DNA of 64,000 nt from Octopus vulgaris (taxonomy: Eukaryota). The position numbers and the translations under genes are program-made. The stretch is taken from positions 55,676,001-55,740,000 of the forward strand of contig OX597815.1 of the NCBI GenBank assembly GCA_951406725.2, read 5' to 3'. The notes below the pieces were generated by a model. The model was not told the DNA's origin, searched no databases, and saw only the letters and a program-made list of their open reading frames with translations. The number at the start of each line of letters is the position of its first letter. The stretch's first letter is position 1. Positions 12,205 through 24,699 of the stretch are shown here, piece by piece.

Positions 12205-12544
12205 CATGCGCGGGGACATAGAAATAATCGGATTGAATACCCGATCGCGCGGTTAAACCATTGGGAGTGAAGGACTCCTAGCTTTTGTTAGGGCATCCTT
12301 CTAGGAGAAGGTAACTCAGGTAACTGGGATAACTTCGACATAAAACCTGCGGCTCAGTGGTTACCGATGATGCTGACTTGTTCTTCTTTTCGGATTATGG
12401 CTGCTGTTGCTTAGTGAGTGGGATTCACTCAGTGCACAGCCTTTCCTCACTTTAAAAAAAATCTTCTTGCACAGGCATTGCACGATAACAACATTGATTA
12501 AGCTTCGTGCAATGGCCATACTCGATAACGAGGGGCAGCCACCA
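12205..12544 (+). mobile_element. RTE-related short non-autonomous element within (TATG)n
   Basis: GGGCATCCTTCTAGGAGAAGGTAACTC resembles the RTE 5'UTR motif; 3' stem CATTGCACGA/TCGTGCAATG; (TATG)n on both sides. Confidence 0.55.
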
Positions 12545-13164
12545 TGTATGTATGTATGTATGTATGTATGTATGTATGTATGTATGTATACATGCATACG
12601 TACATATTTCAATATATTCTCGTTCACTGCTTCGTGTAATCTATTAAGCAGTCAAGTTACAGTTCAGAGACCATTCCAGAAAATGAAAACCTGGAAAACG
12701 ACAATTTCTTGGTAAAATGTGAAGGCATAGGAGCGATATTATTATCTGCACAATACCAATGTAAATGGATGTCAAGCTATGAGTAATTGTTGCTAAACTG
12801 GTGACGTTTATTTATAGTTATTTTTAAAATGTTCTATAAAATAGATTTAAAAGTAATATTCGTTGGAAATTGTCTCAGTAGTTTATATAGAATCTCTTTC
12901 CAGTTGCATGGAAGCTGGTCGAGTCAATTTGCCAGTAGGTTAAGTTCAAAATAGAGAAGAAAAACATCCTTAAAATTACAAGTACAAGTAGTAGTAACTG
13001 CAACAATAAAAGAATTTTCTAAAATTTATACAAGGAAGGAAATGAGTTCGAGTGATCTTTATGTCTTTCTTAAACGAAATAAATTTAATGCAAATAGTTA
13101 TCAATTCACCTATCTTATTATACACAAGCGTTTACATACATTATTACATCGATATATAGCACAC

Positions 13165-13316
13165 GTCTCTACATTCTGAGTTCAAATTTCGCCGAGGTCG
13201 ACTTTGCCTTTCATCCTTTCGGAGTCGATAAATTAAATATCTGTTGCGTGCTGGGATCGATCTAATCGACTGGCCCCCTCCTCCCAAATTTCGTGCCTTG
13301 TGCCTAGAGTAGAAAA
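13165..13316 (+). mobile_element. SINE with Meta-like core, 5' truncated
   Basis: GAGTTCAAAT B box; GCCTTTCATCCTTTCGG.GTCGATAAA core; many copies in the window. Confidence 0.85.
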
Positions 13317-13444
13317 TGATACATACCTAGTGTTAAAATAGAAATCAATACTGTTGGTTAAGTAATTGAATCTATCAAATGCATTGGAAAAATGAATATT
13401 TCTTTATATGAGAGTACTTTATGTGATGATGATGATGATGTTAA

Positions 13445-13762
13445 TCCTTCCTGCTACAGGCACAAGGCCTGAAATTTGGGAGACTAGTCGATTACATCGA
13501 GCCCAGTACTTGACTGGTGCCTAATTTATCGAACTCGAAAGGATGAAAGGCAAAGTCAACCTCTACTATAGGCTCTTGGCCTGAAATTTTATAGGAGGGA
13601 GATAGTCGATTACGCCAATCTCAGTACTTTATTTCATTGACCCCGAAAGGATTAAAGGCAGAGTCGGCTTCTACAGAATTTGAACTCAAACCATAAAAGG
13701 ATGGAAGAAATGCTTTTAAGCATTTTGTCCGGCATGCAAGCAATTCTAGCAGCTTGCCACTT
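13445..13762 (-). mobile_element. Two tandem Meta-core SINE copies
   Basis: Reverse-complement matches to 13165-13316 at 13445-13562 and 13563-13762. Confidence 0.8.
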
Positions 13763-13779
13763 TTAATAATAGATGCAAT

Positions 13780-14348
13780 ACCAGGCACCGGCTTTCATGG
13801 CTATGTCCTGATGCAATATCAGGTACTGACCCTATGACTTCTGATCTTAACTGATTGGAAGTGTTATCATGTACATGTTTTTTCTCTGTATAAAAGAGGG
13901 TTACAGCAAATTTTCTGCTCAATTTTGTTTGTCAGTTGTTTGACCTTAACCAGTTGAACATGTCCCTTAATGGCTGATAATATGTGCATCTCTGTTCACG
14001 AGCAGAAGTAGTGGGGGAGCACCATAGTCAATGTGCTGAGAGTAATTCCTTGGAGTTTGAATAGTTCACCCCTGGAAACCTGAGTGTTTCGTTGAACATC
14101 CTTAAACAACCCTTATTCAGGGACCTTTTGAGTGAGATGGGCTACTCGACCTGAAGAAAATTCTAATTGGGTCCCGCCTGCAAGATCATGCACTGTTTAT
14201 TTTGATATAAGATCACCATGTTGCGCACATATGGTCGTGATGCATGTGCCTGATGTACTTTATCAGATAGGTAATCATAGTGGATACAATGGACTTCGTA
14301 TAGTTGTACCCCAGTGTCACTTTGATGGCATGCGCTGTTCTCTCACTC

Positions 14349-14350
<2 letters not shown>
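13780..14350. repeat. Unclassified non-coding interspersed-repeat-like block abutting (TAA)n
   Basis: Higher GC than flanks, sharp boundary at (TAA)n 14350-14428; resembles a recalled octopus repeat; single copy here. Confidence 0.35.
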
Positions 14351-14388
<38 letters not shown>

Positions 14389-14429
14389 GTAAAAATAAAA
14401 ATAATTATAATAATAATAATAATAATAAT

Positions 14430-14630
14430 GGTTTCAAATTTTGCCACAAGGGCAGCCATTTTAGGGAAGGAGTTGAGTCGATTACATCGACCCCATTGTT
14501 TCAGCGGTACTTATTTCATCGACCCCGAAAAGATGAATGGCAAGTCGACCTCGTCGGAATTTGAACTCAGAACGAGAAAACAGATGAAATGCCGCCAAGC
14601 ATTTCACCCGGCGTGCTAGCTTGCCGCCTT
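14430..14630 (-). mobile_element. Meta-core SINE inserted in (TAA)n
   Basis: Head GGCGGCAAGC, B box, core; (TAA)n on both sides. Confidence 0.85.
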
Positions 14631-14639
14631 AATAATAAT

Positions 14640-15905
14640 AACGAACTAGATATGATGCAACACACACAAATGAAAGATAAGATAAGAAAAAGAATACTAT
14701 TGACGAGTTAGATTAATACTGAAAACAGAGCTCAATGCAAAAAACAAGATAATAGGTATCAACACTCTTGTCATCCCAGTTATAAGTTACAGCTACAATA
14801 TTCTTAACTGGGCTGTAAATGAACTAACCAACATAGACAGGAAAACTAGAAAAATAATGACAGGATTTAGGATGCACCACCCAAAATCTGACATAGAAAG
14901 GTTATATATACAACGTATGGAAAGTGATAGAGGTTCAGTTAGAAAACTATTACAAAACAATCACCAAAGGACTATAGAAATACCTACTTCAGAAGCAAGG
15001 AAAACTAATACAAATAGCCACAAACACGAACAAAGCAAAATGCTGTTTTCAGTTTTAAGGAAATTGACAAATACAAAAAAGAAGTCATAGTGCCTAACAA
15101 CTACGAAGAAAAAGAACAAACAACAAACGCTGTAAAACAACTGAAATCCAAACCAAAACTGGAACAGCAACGGATCATGATAAACCGATTGCAAGAAAAG
15201 CTCCTTTATGGCAAATATTAGGTTAAACTAAACAGAAAAGAGACAGCAAAATCCCAACAATGGCTGAGAAGCTCAGGACTCAAAGCAGAGACTAGATGAT
15301 TTTTAATTGCAGCATAAGACCCCACCAGAAATTACCAAAAACGTGTAATGAAAAGAAATACAAATAACTGCAGAATATGTGGAGATTGACAAGAAACAAT
15401 AAATCATATTGTTTCTCTCGTTGTTCGCATAAGTTTGTCTTCGTATTTCATATTGTTACGTTTTGTGACGTCCTGCACTCGGATGTTAACGGACTGTGTG
15501 GCTTCAAAACAGCAAAGTTGTTTGAACCCGGACCAGAGGCTGTGATAGAAAGTGAGAATTACAAGATTTTGTCGGATTTCCACATAAAGACTGACCAACA
15601 TATTGAAGCAAAAAGACCATATATGATTATAGAGGACAAAATAAACAAAGATTGTAAGATCATAGATTTTGCAATTCTCTATGATAGCAAAGTCGACACC
15701 AAAGAAATCGAAAAAAAAAAAATTGAGAAATATCAAGATCTAGCTAGAGAGGTGAGGAGACTGTGTAATACCAAGATAACAATTATTCCAGCACTTGCTA
15801 CCTAAAAGACTGAAAGAGACTGGAATTGAAACTCGCATCGTCGAGCTGCAGAGAAGTACTATCCTATGTTCTGCAAAATCCCTAAGGACGGGTCTTGAGA
15901 TTTGA
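14640..15905 (+). mobile_element. R4/Dong-like (restriction-like endonuclease) LINE fragments
   Basis: DRKTRKIMTGFRMHHPKSDIERLY; WLRSSGLKAET; KRPYMIIEDK..CKIIDFAI..EKYQDLARE; probably two joined pieces (junction ~15410-15470); followed by (TAA)n. Confidence 0.8.
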
Positions 15906-15964
15906 GGAAAATTATTATCACCAAACATCAAGATAAAATAGGTATTAGATTAGTATGTACTAGC

Positions 15965-16087
<123 letters not shown>

Positions 16088-16089
16088 GA

Positions 16090-18005
16090 ATGTTTGAGTA
16101 TATTCAGTATAGCAGACAGAAAGTAGATCTCTACTCAGGTGACACACTCTTAGGGAAAGTTAATATCAAAAGAGGCATTTTCCAAGGGGTTTCGTTGTCC
16201 CCTTTAATATTTGTCTTATGTTTTATCGCCCTCACTTTAGTATTAAGGAAGACAAAGGCAGGGTATCAGTTCAGAAACAGTAAGGGAAAAATTAACTATT
16301 TGCTCTACACGGATGATCTGAAGCGTTTTACAAAGAATGAAAAAGAGATACGAGGGGCGTTCAATAAGTAATGCCCCTGACCCACTTGCAGTTGTTTGAT
16401 CTAGCTGAAATTTTGCATGTGCACTTATTTATACCTCTATAGATTAAGTGGCGAATTACAGCTCTGAACTAATTGTGGTATCTGATTTACAGGTGTTTGA
16501 ACTGAGTCAAGTGTGAAATGGAGCTTGTTGAGTGTCGAGCAGTGATCTGGTTTTTGTATTTGAAAGGACGCACATCACGGGAGACTTTTGATGAAATGAA
16601 AGTAACTTATGGTGATGATGCCCCATCATATGACCTTGTAAAACAACGCTGGCATTGTGAATTCAAACATAGTCGGAACTCTGTGGAAACAGCTCCCAGA
16701 TCTGGTCGCCCCCTTCTGCCGTTGATGAGACGTCTGTCCGTCAAGTTGAGGCTGCCATTTTGGAAGGTCAACGCATAACTATTCGCCAAATAGCCCATAA
16801 GGTCAAGATTAGTACCGGGTCTGTGGAAACTATCATTCATGACCATTTGCATATGCAAAAGGTGTCTGCCAGATGGATTTCCAGGTTGCTCACACCTTTC
16901 CAGAAGCAAGAACGCGTTGAGTGCTCGAGGATGAATTTGGAGATGTGCCAAGAAGATGAGTCAAAATTTTTCAAAAGACTGATCACACAGGATAAAACCT
17001 GGGTCCATCACTATGATCCATAGGCCAAAGCCCAGTCAATGCAGTGAAAGCACCGTGACTCACCTCCTCCAAAGAAGGCAAGGGTGCAGCCCTCCGCTGA
17101 CAAGGTTATGCTCACAGTCTTCTGGGACCAGGACGGAGTAGTGATGACAGATTTCCTGGCAAAGGGTACCACAATTACAGGAGCCTATTATGCTTCACTT
17201 TTGAGGAAATTAAGAGAAGCTATCAAAATCAAGAGGCGGGGCAAGATCAGCAAAGGCATCCTCCTCCTGCAGGACAACGCTCCGGTCCACAACTCGCGTG
17301 TCGCCAGATCAGAAGCACAGGCGTGCAGCTATGAACTCCTCCCCTTGCACCCTCTGATTTTCACCTCTTCCCAGCCATGAAGTTGATTTTAAAAGGAAAG
17401 CGTTTCCCAGATGATGCAGCCTTGATTTCTGAAGTCACGTCGTGGTTGGAGGACCAAGCTGGGGGTCTTCTACAAAAACGGTCTCCAGAGCTGTATCAAA
17501 CGATGGGAGAAATGCATAACTCTGGGTAGTTCCTATGTAGGAAAAGACTAATAACTGTGCCAAGTGTCGTTGCTCTACTGCTATGGGAAGTGGGTCAGGG
17601 GCATTACTTATTGAACGCCCCTCGTAGATTACTAACTGTAAGTATCTTCAGCAAAGATATAAGCATAGAATTTGGCATAAATAAGTGTGCGATATTAGTC
17701 ATGAGAAGAGCAGATAGTCAAAAGCGAAGGCGTCCAATTACCAGGTGACCAGAAATTAAAATCATTGAAAGGAGGAGAATCTGACAGTGTACTAACTATA
17801 GAAATGGAAACAAAAATTGAGAAGGAGTACATCAGAACGGTGAGGAAGCTAATGAAGTCAAGGCTAAATGGTTCGAATCTAGTGAAGGCTGTAAATACTT
17901 GGGCAGTATCATTACTGAGATTTCAGCAGCTTTTGAAGATTGGACAAAGACTGAATTAACACAGCTAGACAGAAGAACTAGGAAGGAATTCTATATGAAT
18001 GGAGG
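16090..18005 (+). mobile_element. R4/Dong-like LINE RT region, interrupted by the mariner at 16351-17624
   Basis: RGIFQGVSLSPL, LLYTDDLK, resumes IFSKDISIEFGINKCA, KSRLNGSNLVKAVNTWAVS, DRRTRK. Confidence 0.85.
16351..17624 (+). mobile_element. Full-length mariner transposon with frameshifted transposase
   Basis: Perfect 37-bp TIRs CGAGGGGCGTTCAATAAGTAATGCCCCTGACCCACTT, TA duplication (16349-50, 17625-26); KVSARWISRLL, ITQDKTWVHHYDP, KVMLTVFWD, QDNAPVH. Confidence 0.95.
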
Positions 18006-18009
18006 ATAA

Positions 18010-19895
18010 ACCTGCGAGCATAATATCCATAATTTGTTGGAAAATGCCAGGTGCTACCAAAGAGAAGTCTATTGAATTTACACAACCCTTTATGGGTATT
18101 TATTGTCAATAATTTTGAACATTCCTCATCGACTTTTACCTTTTATGCTTCAGAGAGGTCCAACTTAGAAAAAGATTTTCCTCCATTCAACTTTAATACC
18201 CTTGAGAAATCAGCGCATACTCGGATTTTATCATTTTTTCTCTTGACATCAATTTGTGAATCAATTTTTTCAATAACGCCAAGTTTTTCAAGTTTATCCA
18301 ATTCTTCGTTGACTTGTGTCAATGCTGCGAAAGGTACCGTTCTTTTTGGTTTAAATACCGGTGTGGCGTTTTCTTTCACTTGAAACTTCGCCCCTGTTTT
18401 GGTGCAAAGACCCAATTTCTCAGAAAAAACTACAAGAAAAATATATTTAAATTAAAAAAAAAAGAATTCTCCGACGCCTTATTTGTACCGGCAGAAGAAT
18501 CATTTACATTCTTACAAAAAATATATTCATGGGTAAGTCCCATAAGTTAAATAGTTCCATCCAGTCTGTTCCAAATAAATTTATTGTATTTTGCAACACA
18601 ACTTTGGCTATCAAAGTTTTTCCACGAAATGTAACATCACTTATCATTTCCCCTACAAGATGCAATTTTTTTTTCTGAAACACCTCACGCAATTTTCGAA
18701 GTTTCCTTTAATCTAGGTTTCCCTATTTTTCTCCATGTATTTGTATTAATTATCGTGATATCATTGTCTGTATCCAATTGTAACTTGATATTCCCATTAT
18801 TCATTTTTATGGACTCAAATTTTCTTTTCTGAGCCTCGCTTAGAAGTTCTTTAACAATACATTCCTTCTAGAATTTGTTTTGTTTGACCCTTTTTTTTTT
18901 CTTTTGCTATACAATGTGAGCTTTTATGTCCGATCTTTCCACAATCAAAACATTTACGATTTATAAAAGAACAATTACTTTTAAAATGTAAACATCCGCA
19001 ACCATAGCATGGATTTGGCCTTGACGTTCATTTTTCTTTTTTCTTATCCGTTTTAGGACGACATGCATGTATCTGGGAGCAATCTTTCCATCTTTATCCG
19101 CGTCGTGCCTTAAATTTATAATCCTCAAGCATTCTTCAGCCACTGCTTGTAGAGTACTGTTTTGGTACTGTTCTAATTTTGTTAATATAAAGAAACGTGT
19201 ATCAGCATCTTTTCTTGTTGTTAACTTTAAAACAAAAATTAGACATTTGAACAAATCCGGGGTTAATTAATTGAATTTGAATTTATCACACTCCCTGTTA
19301 ACGACCCCAGCACAGGTGACGAAATCTTCATCATCTTTTTTAACTAAATGTAAACATTGTCAACGAGTATTGAGCAGGGAACTTCTTTCACTGAAAATTC
19401 TCGATAACAAATTAACTGTTTCATCGAAACAAATCTCATCTGGTTTCTTCGGCAGAATATAGTTACAATATTTTTCATGTTCGGCAGGGGATAACTTCTT
19501 TAAAAGTAGTCGCACCTTCTCCTCATCATTCCAATTTTTACATTCTTCTTTGAAGATTTCTTCTAAAATATGAAGAAAAAGTAGTTCCTTCTTCTGGGTT
19601 ATAAATAAGTTCTCCAATTGAATTTGCTACGCTGTATGACGAGAACCTGAAGTATTTTCAGACTTCTTCAACATTACTTCCAGTAACTGTTGGTATTGTT
19701 GTTGTTGCTGTTGTAGTTGTTGTTGCTGTTGTAGTTGTTGTAACTGCTGTTGTTGCTCTTGCAACTGCACCACGCGAGCCAACAAGTCTTCTGTGTTAAA
19801 TAACTTTTTCTTTGGTTTCATACAAAATAAATAAATAAATAAATAAAATAAATAAACGTCCTAGCCAAGCTTTAAATATCTCTTTGCCACTTTTA
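18010..19895 (-). mobile_element. Gypsy (Mag-like) gag-protease-RT fragment
   Basis: EKVRLLLKKLSPAEHEKYCNYILP; zinc-knuckle remnant; LDTD protease-like site near 18770; PVFKPKRTVPFA, IRVCADFS, FSKLDLSEA; poly-Q at the gag N-terminus. Confidence 0.85.
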
Positions 19896-20066
19896 TGTAC
19901 TGCCACAGGTTGGTATATATAAATTATGCAGCGGAGGTTTACATGACGTACTTCGTGAGACTACCAAAACGTTCTCCCCGACTACTACCGACCACTACTC
20001 TTTATAAGAGTTCGGATAGTCCGTTCTTCCAATCCCCCAGGGGTGTCAATGACTCTTGCCACAACA
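19896..20066 (-). mobile_element. 5' LTR of the Gypsy element
   Basis: TGTTGT...TACA on the - strand, followed by PBS-like AAGTGGC at ~19885-19892. Confidence 0.6.
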
Positions 20067-20680
20067 AAACATTAAGGACTAATCGGATAAAAGCAAAGAT
20101 AGACAAAAACCAAGTAGATTTCCAGTGTAGGTTATGCAAACCAAAAGATGAAAGCGTTACTCATATAGTGCTGGCACAAAAAAGAATACAAGAAAAGACA
20201 TGACAACTTAGGGATAGTAATCCACCGGACGTTATGTAGAAAGCTAGAATTTGAACATACTAATAAATGGTATGAACATGAACCTAGTAAAGTACTAGAA
20301 AGTAAGAAATTCAAGATGTTGTGGGACATTCAGACTGACAGAGTAATAAAAGTTAGAAGGCCTGATTTAGTCCCAAATGAGGAAAAGTCAATGAGAGCAA
20401 AGTACCAGGACCTATCCATTGGATTACGGAGACTACAGAAAGTGCGGGTAAAATGTATCCCAGTAGTTATGGGTGCTTTGGGAACTATCCCTAATGATAT
20501 AAACAGATGGATAGAGGAAATAGGCATAAAATCCAGTTTAGTACAGACCCAGAAAACAATGTTATTAGGGACAGCGAGGATACTTCGGAGGGTTCTTGGC
20601 ATCTAAGGTTACTTGTAGACCGATGTTAGGATATTTTCTTTTTCAACAGTCTAATCTGTTGTGTGAATATGAAAATAATA
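20067..20680 (+). mobile_element. R4/Dong-like LINE 3' portion (CCHC + restriction-like endonuclease)
   Basis: CRLCKPKDESVTHI; LWDIQTDRVIKVRRPDLV; KYQDL; IPVVMGALG; LLGTARILRRVL. Confidence 0.85.
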
Positions 20681-20779
20681 AGCAGAGAAAAAAGGAAAAA
20701 CAAAGGAAGAAATACAAAAAGGACATGAAGAAGCATTATGCAACATTAGACTACACAATCAATTCCATGCAGCTACTTC

Positions 20780-21295
20780 AGAAATTGCTGGAAAACATAG
20801 ATAGGATTAGCTGAAGAAAGGAACACTAAGAAAAGAGACTGAGATCACTATACTGGCAACACAAGACCAAGCTTTGGTCACGAATTGGAGGGTCAACCTT
20901 AGGAATGAGAAAGTTTCTCCGCTGTGCCGCATCTGTTATAGAGTGGACGAAACTATTGCCAATATCGCGAACAAATACCCTAGACTTGTCCAAAACCACT
21001 AGTTGTGGCGACACGATAAAGTAGTGAAAGTGCCACATTGGAAACTGCGAAAAGTGGGGGCTAGAAAGAGACAAGACATGGGAAGAGAGAAGAAGAGGAA
21101 TATAAAAGAAATCGGAATAGAGTGTCCAGTAGAACTGTTACAAAAGGTTTTGCCTCCTTGGCACGGCCAGAATAATAAGGAAAGTATTAGGTAGTTGAAA
21201 AGAACAGATAGCATGGTACCGTAGAATGCAGGTAGCAAACCTGCTACGCATGCAAGACTCCAGAAGTTCAACAAAACATGTGATAAAAAGAAGAA
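20780..21295 (+). mobile_element. Further deleted R4/Dong-like 3' fragment
   Basis: RKETE.LILATQDQAL; CRICYRVDETI; RHDKV; IGIECPVELLQK. Confidence 0.7.
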
Positions 21296-22006
21296 ATGAT
21301 ATTAGGCTTAGTCACTTATCTAAAGAACACCAATGACCCGGATGCTTGAAATTGTCTGCAAGCATCTCAGTACCAAGAAACCACACTTTGATGATTACAC
21401 CATACAGGTATCGTATCTGATTGTTTGATGTGGTTCGCTGAGTGCTTTCTAGATATCTGCCTGGATTTACTACTCACAGACGGAAATGCATGCATGTGCA
21501 TATATTTTGTATGTATGTATGTATGTATGTATGTATGTATGTATGTATGTATGTATGTATGTATGTATGCGCGCGCATGTGTTATTTCACAGAAGAATAC
21601 AATAAATAACAAACAGAAAATTGTTATGATCTGTACTAGAGACTGATTTTTTTTTCTAAATATCGAGTTAATTGTGAAAATAATTAGTCGGTGACATCTT
21701 AATTGATTTGCCCTATTTCAATACTTAGTCTAGGCGTTGCCATTGTACTAAACTACAATTATATATACAGTTTGGATCTCATTAGATTCCTTTGTCCCCT
21801 TCAGTTTATTCTCGTTTTCGCGTGAGAAAGTTTTTCTTTCTTGCTGTTAATCATGAATATTGTCTCACAATATGTTCTCAGGAAACGAATAGCTGTTGTT
21901 TCGTAAACCTCTGACACTATGTCACATAACATGAACGAAATTATAATAAGTATCGAATTTACTGCTTTAACTCACACACACTCTGACACATTAGCTGAAA
22001 TGAGAG

Positions 22007-22066
<60 letters not shown>

Positions 22067-23994
22067 TGTGTATGTGTGTGTGTGTGCGAGTGTGTGTGAA
22101 AGTGTTTGAGTATGTATGTACGTTACTTGTCTGCAATAAGTTTGTATTAAACATATACACAATCATAATCGTTGAACTAATGGGAATTAACAAAGAATAT
22201 TGAGATACTTAGGGAAACAAATAACTGCACGTTGATAACAGAGGTATTTAGACTAAGATAGTAAAAAACACAACGCTCTTTAAACTATACTGGTGAAATA
22301 AGAATAAAATGGTATTATAAAATTAAAATGGAAATTAGAAATTTTAAAAAATTTTGATATAAAGAAATAAATAGAAAGGCCCTAGTAGCCATTTATCGTG
22401 CGGGACGTAATCACTTCTAGATAAATCTTGGCGTGCTTAGAAGTTTGAATTTTAAATCGAAGATCAAAGATTTTTTTTCCCTACTCATAGGTAATCATGT
22501 ATAGTGCTATTTCTTTCATATTAGAAATCGCCAGCATGGCATGGCACGAGACAAATAAATTATACATTTTACGCTGCGAAACATTTATCAAATATGAAAA
22601 ATAGTTAGTTTAGAGGTTGTTCATGGAATATGTTTTTCCTTTTTCTCTTCTTATTCTTCATAGAACATTAATAGTATAGCAATTGAGAAAGGAGAGAATG
22701 AGTGAATTTAATTTTTCTGTCTTCAGCTACATCTGTAGACGTCTGATGTATGTTTGCATGCATGTATGTTTGCATGCATGTATGTATGTATGTATGTATG
22801 TATGTATGTATGTATGTATGTATGTATGTATGTATGTATGTATGTATGTATGTAGGTAGGTAGCTAGCTAGCTAGCTAACCAGCTAGTGAGCTATGTATG
22901 TATGTACGTACGTATGTATGTACATACGTATGTATGTATGCATGTATGTATGTATACACATATGCTATAAGATGCATACATGTACGTCGTAAGAGAGCTT
23001 TGTTAAATATATATTGTAGTATTGGATACTCTATATTTGTCTTATATTTGATATGGTAATTGCTAAGACTACAATTATGCAAAATTATGAGTGCCCTAAG
23101 AACATGCGTACTGGTCTGCCTTACCGTTGATTATAAAAGCTGAATTTAAAAAATGATTTCTTGGAGTGTATGGTATGTCTATTGTTGGATATTGATTCCT
23201 TGATTCATAGGTCACAATTTCAGACAGCAAGATACTGCCAAACCTATACCATATACTACTGGACTTCCTAGGCCTGGATGTCCAAAGAACTTGGGTACTT
23301 CATTGGGATGATTGTACATTATTCAAAATGGATTAAAAAAAAAAACTTTTGCTGAAATTGCAGCATCGTTATTTCACATTAAAAAATATCAATGCTTTCC
23401 ATTATCATCCGAATGGCCTGATGCAATCTAGACGTTGAAGGAGACAGCTGCAGCAATTCCGCTAACTGTTCATACAACTGGTTCACTACTTATGAACGAA
23501 ACAGGCACAATTATATCATCAATAAATTCTATCGTAATGTAGAACAGGCAGTCATTGTTCTGTTCACATAGACTTAATATTGAAGACAAACGGATTGTTG
23601 TAAATTTCGCAGAAAATGTATTACTGTAAATCCTTGAAAGAGTAAAATTATTTGAAAAAGTAGAACATTACCTATTAGAAAAAAACTCATACTTGAGATG
23701 AAAAGGCGCTAGCGACTGAAAAAGCATATCAGAATTCCTTTAAAGACGTGATACAATCTCAAAAAGTCTTTTATCCTGAATATGATTTTCAAGATGACAC
23801 TGATGAAACCTGAAATCCATTGGCTATGTTTTCCTTTTTAGCAAATAACAACTATTCAAGCAGCAATAACGATAGCATCGGTAATGAAGTTCACATAGGT
23901 TTGGAAAGAGTAAATATTACGGACATAACAAATAATTACACTGCCACAATATCAACAAACTATTCTAACAGATCAAATACAGCAAGAAGAATAC

Positions 23995-24385
23995 CAGCCT
24001 ATCTTTTATCTTTTACACGTTTTAGTCATTGGATTGCGGTCATACATTGACACTACCTTCAATTGTTTAGTCGAACAAATCGAGCCCAGTACTTCTCTCT
24101 TTTTTAAAAATCTGGTACTTATTCAAGCGATTCTATGGGGACGTAAACAAACCAACACCGGTTGTCAAGTGGTGGATGGGGACAAACAAAAACTCAAAGA
24201 CGCGCGTGAGTGCATACACACATACACACGACAGGTTTATTTCGGTTTGCGACTACCAAATCCATTTATAAGGTTTTGGTCGGCCATGGATTAAAATAGA
24301 AGACGTTTGCCCAAAACAGCGGAATTGATCCCAAACAATGTGGTTGGGAAACAAACTTTTTACCATACAGCTACTCTGCGCCTGT
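23995..24385 (-). mobile_element. OK-like SINE, degenerate
   Basis: Colinear with 52483-52882. Confidence 0.8.
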
Positions 24386-24552
24386 GGGAACTAGAATAAT
24401 ATGTCCTAAAGATAAATCAAGACTACTCCTTGCTGTATTTTGTGTTGTTATTGCTAAATTATTGCTTTATATGGGTTTCCTAAAAACGCCCTTTCCTTAG
24501 TTGCGCAGAGAATGCTGCATCAGATACTCTTTTACTAAGTCCTACAGAAGTC

Positions 24553-24690
24553 AAATCTCAAAAGGGGAGATGTTACGGGGAAAATCATGACACCCACTGG
24601 GAGAATGGACTAGCCAAACTCGTTTAAGTAACAGTGTGTTTGATTGAGAGATGAAAAATCGCAGATGGGTGTTGGTAGTGGTTTCTTAAA
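24553..24690 (+). mobile_element. Gypsy polypurine tract plus start of a 3' LTR
   Basis: AAATCTCAAAAGGGGAGA|TGTTACG; same context as the PPT at ~8700 (-). Confidence 0.45.
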
Positions 24691-24699
24691 CGTGAGTTC

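Noticed and set aside
19627-19821. Poly-Q ORF as a host transcription factor exon
   Set aside because: It is the N-terminus of the Gypsy gag, directly after the LTR and PBS
23785-23830. CTGATGA-aacct-GAAA hammerhead-like core
   Set aside because: No stem II and weak stems I and III; likely chance
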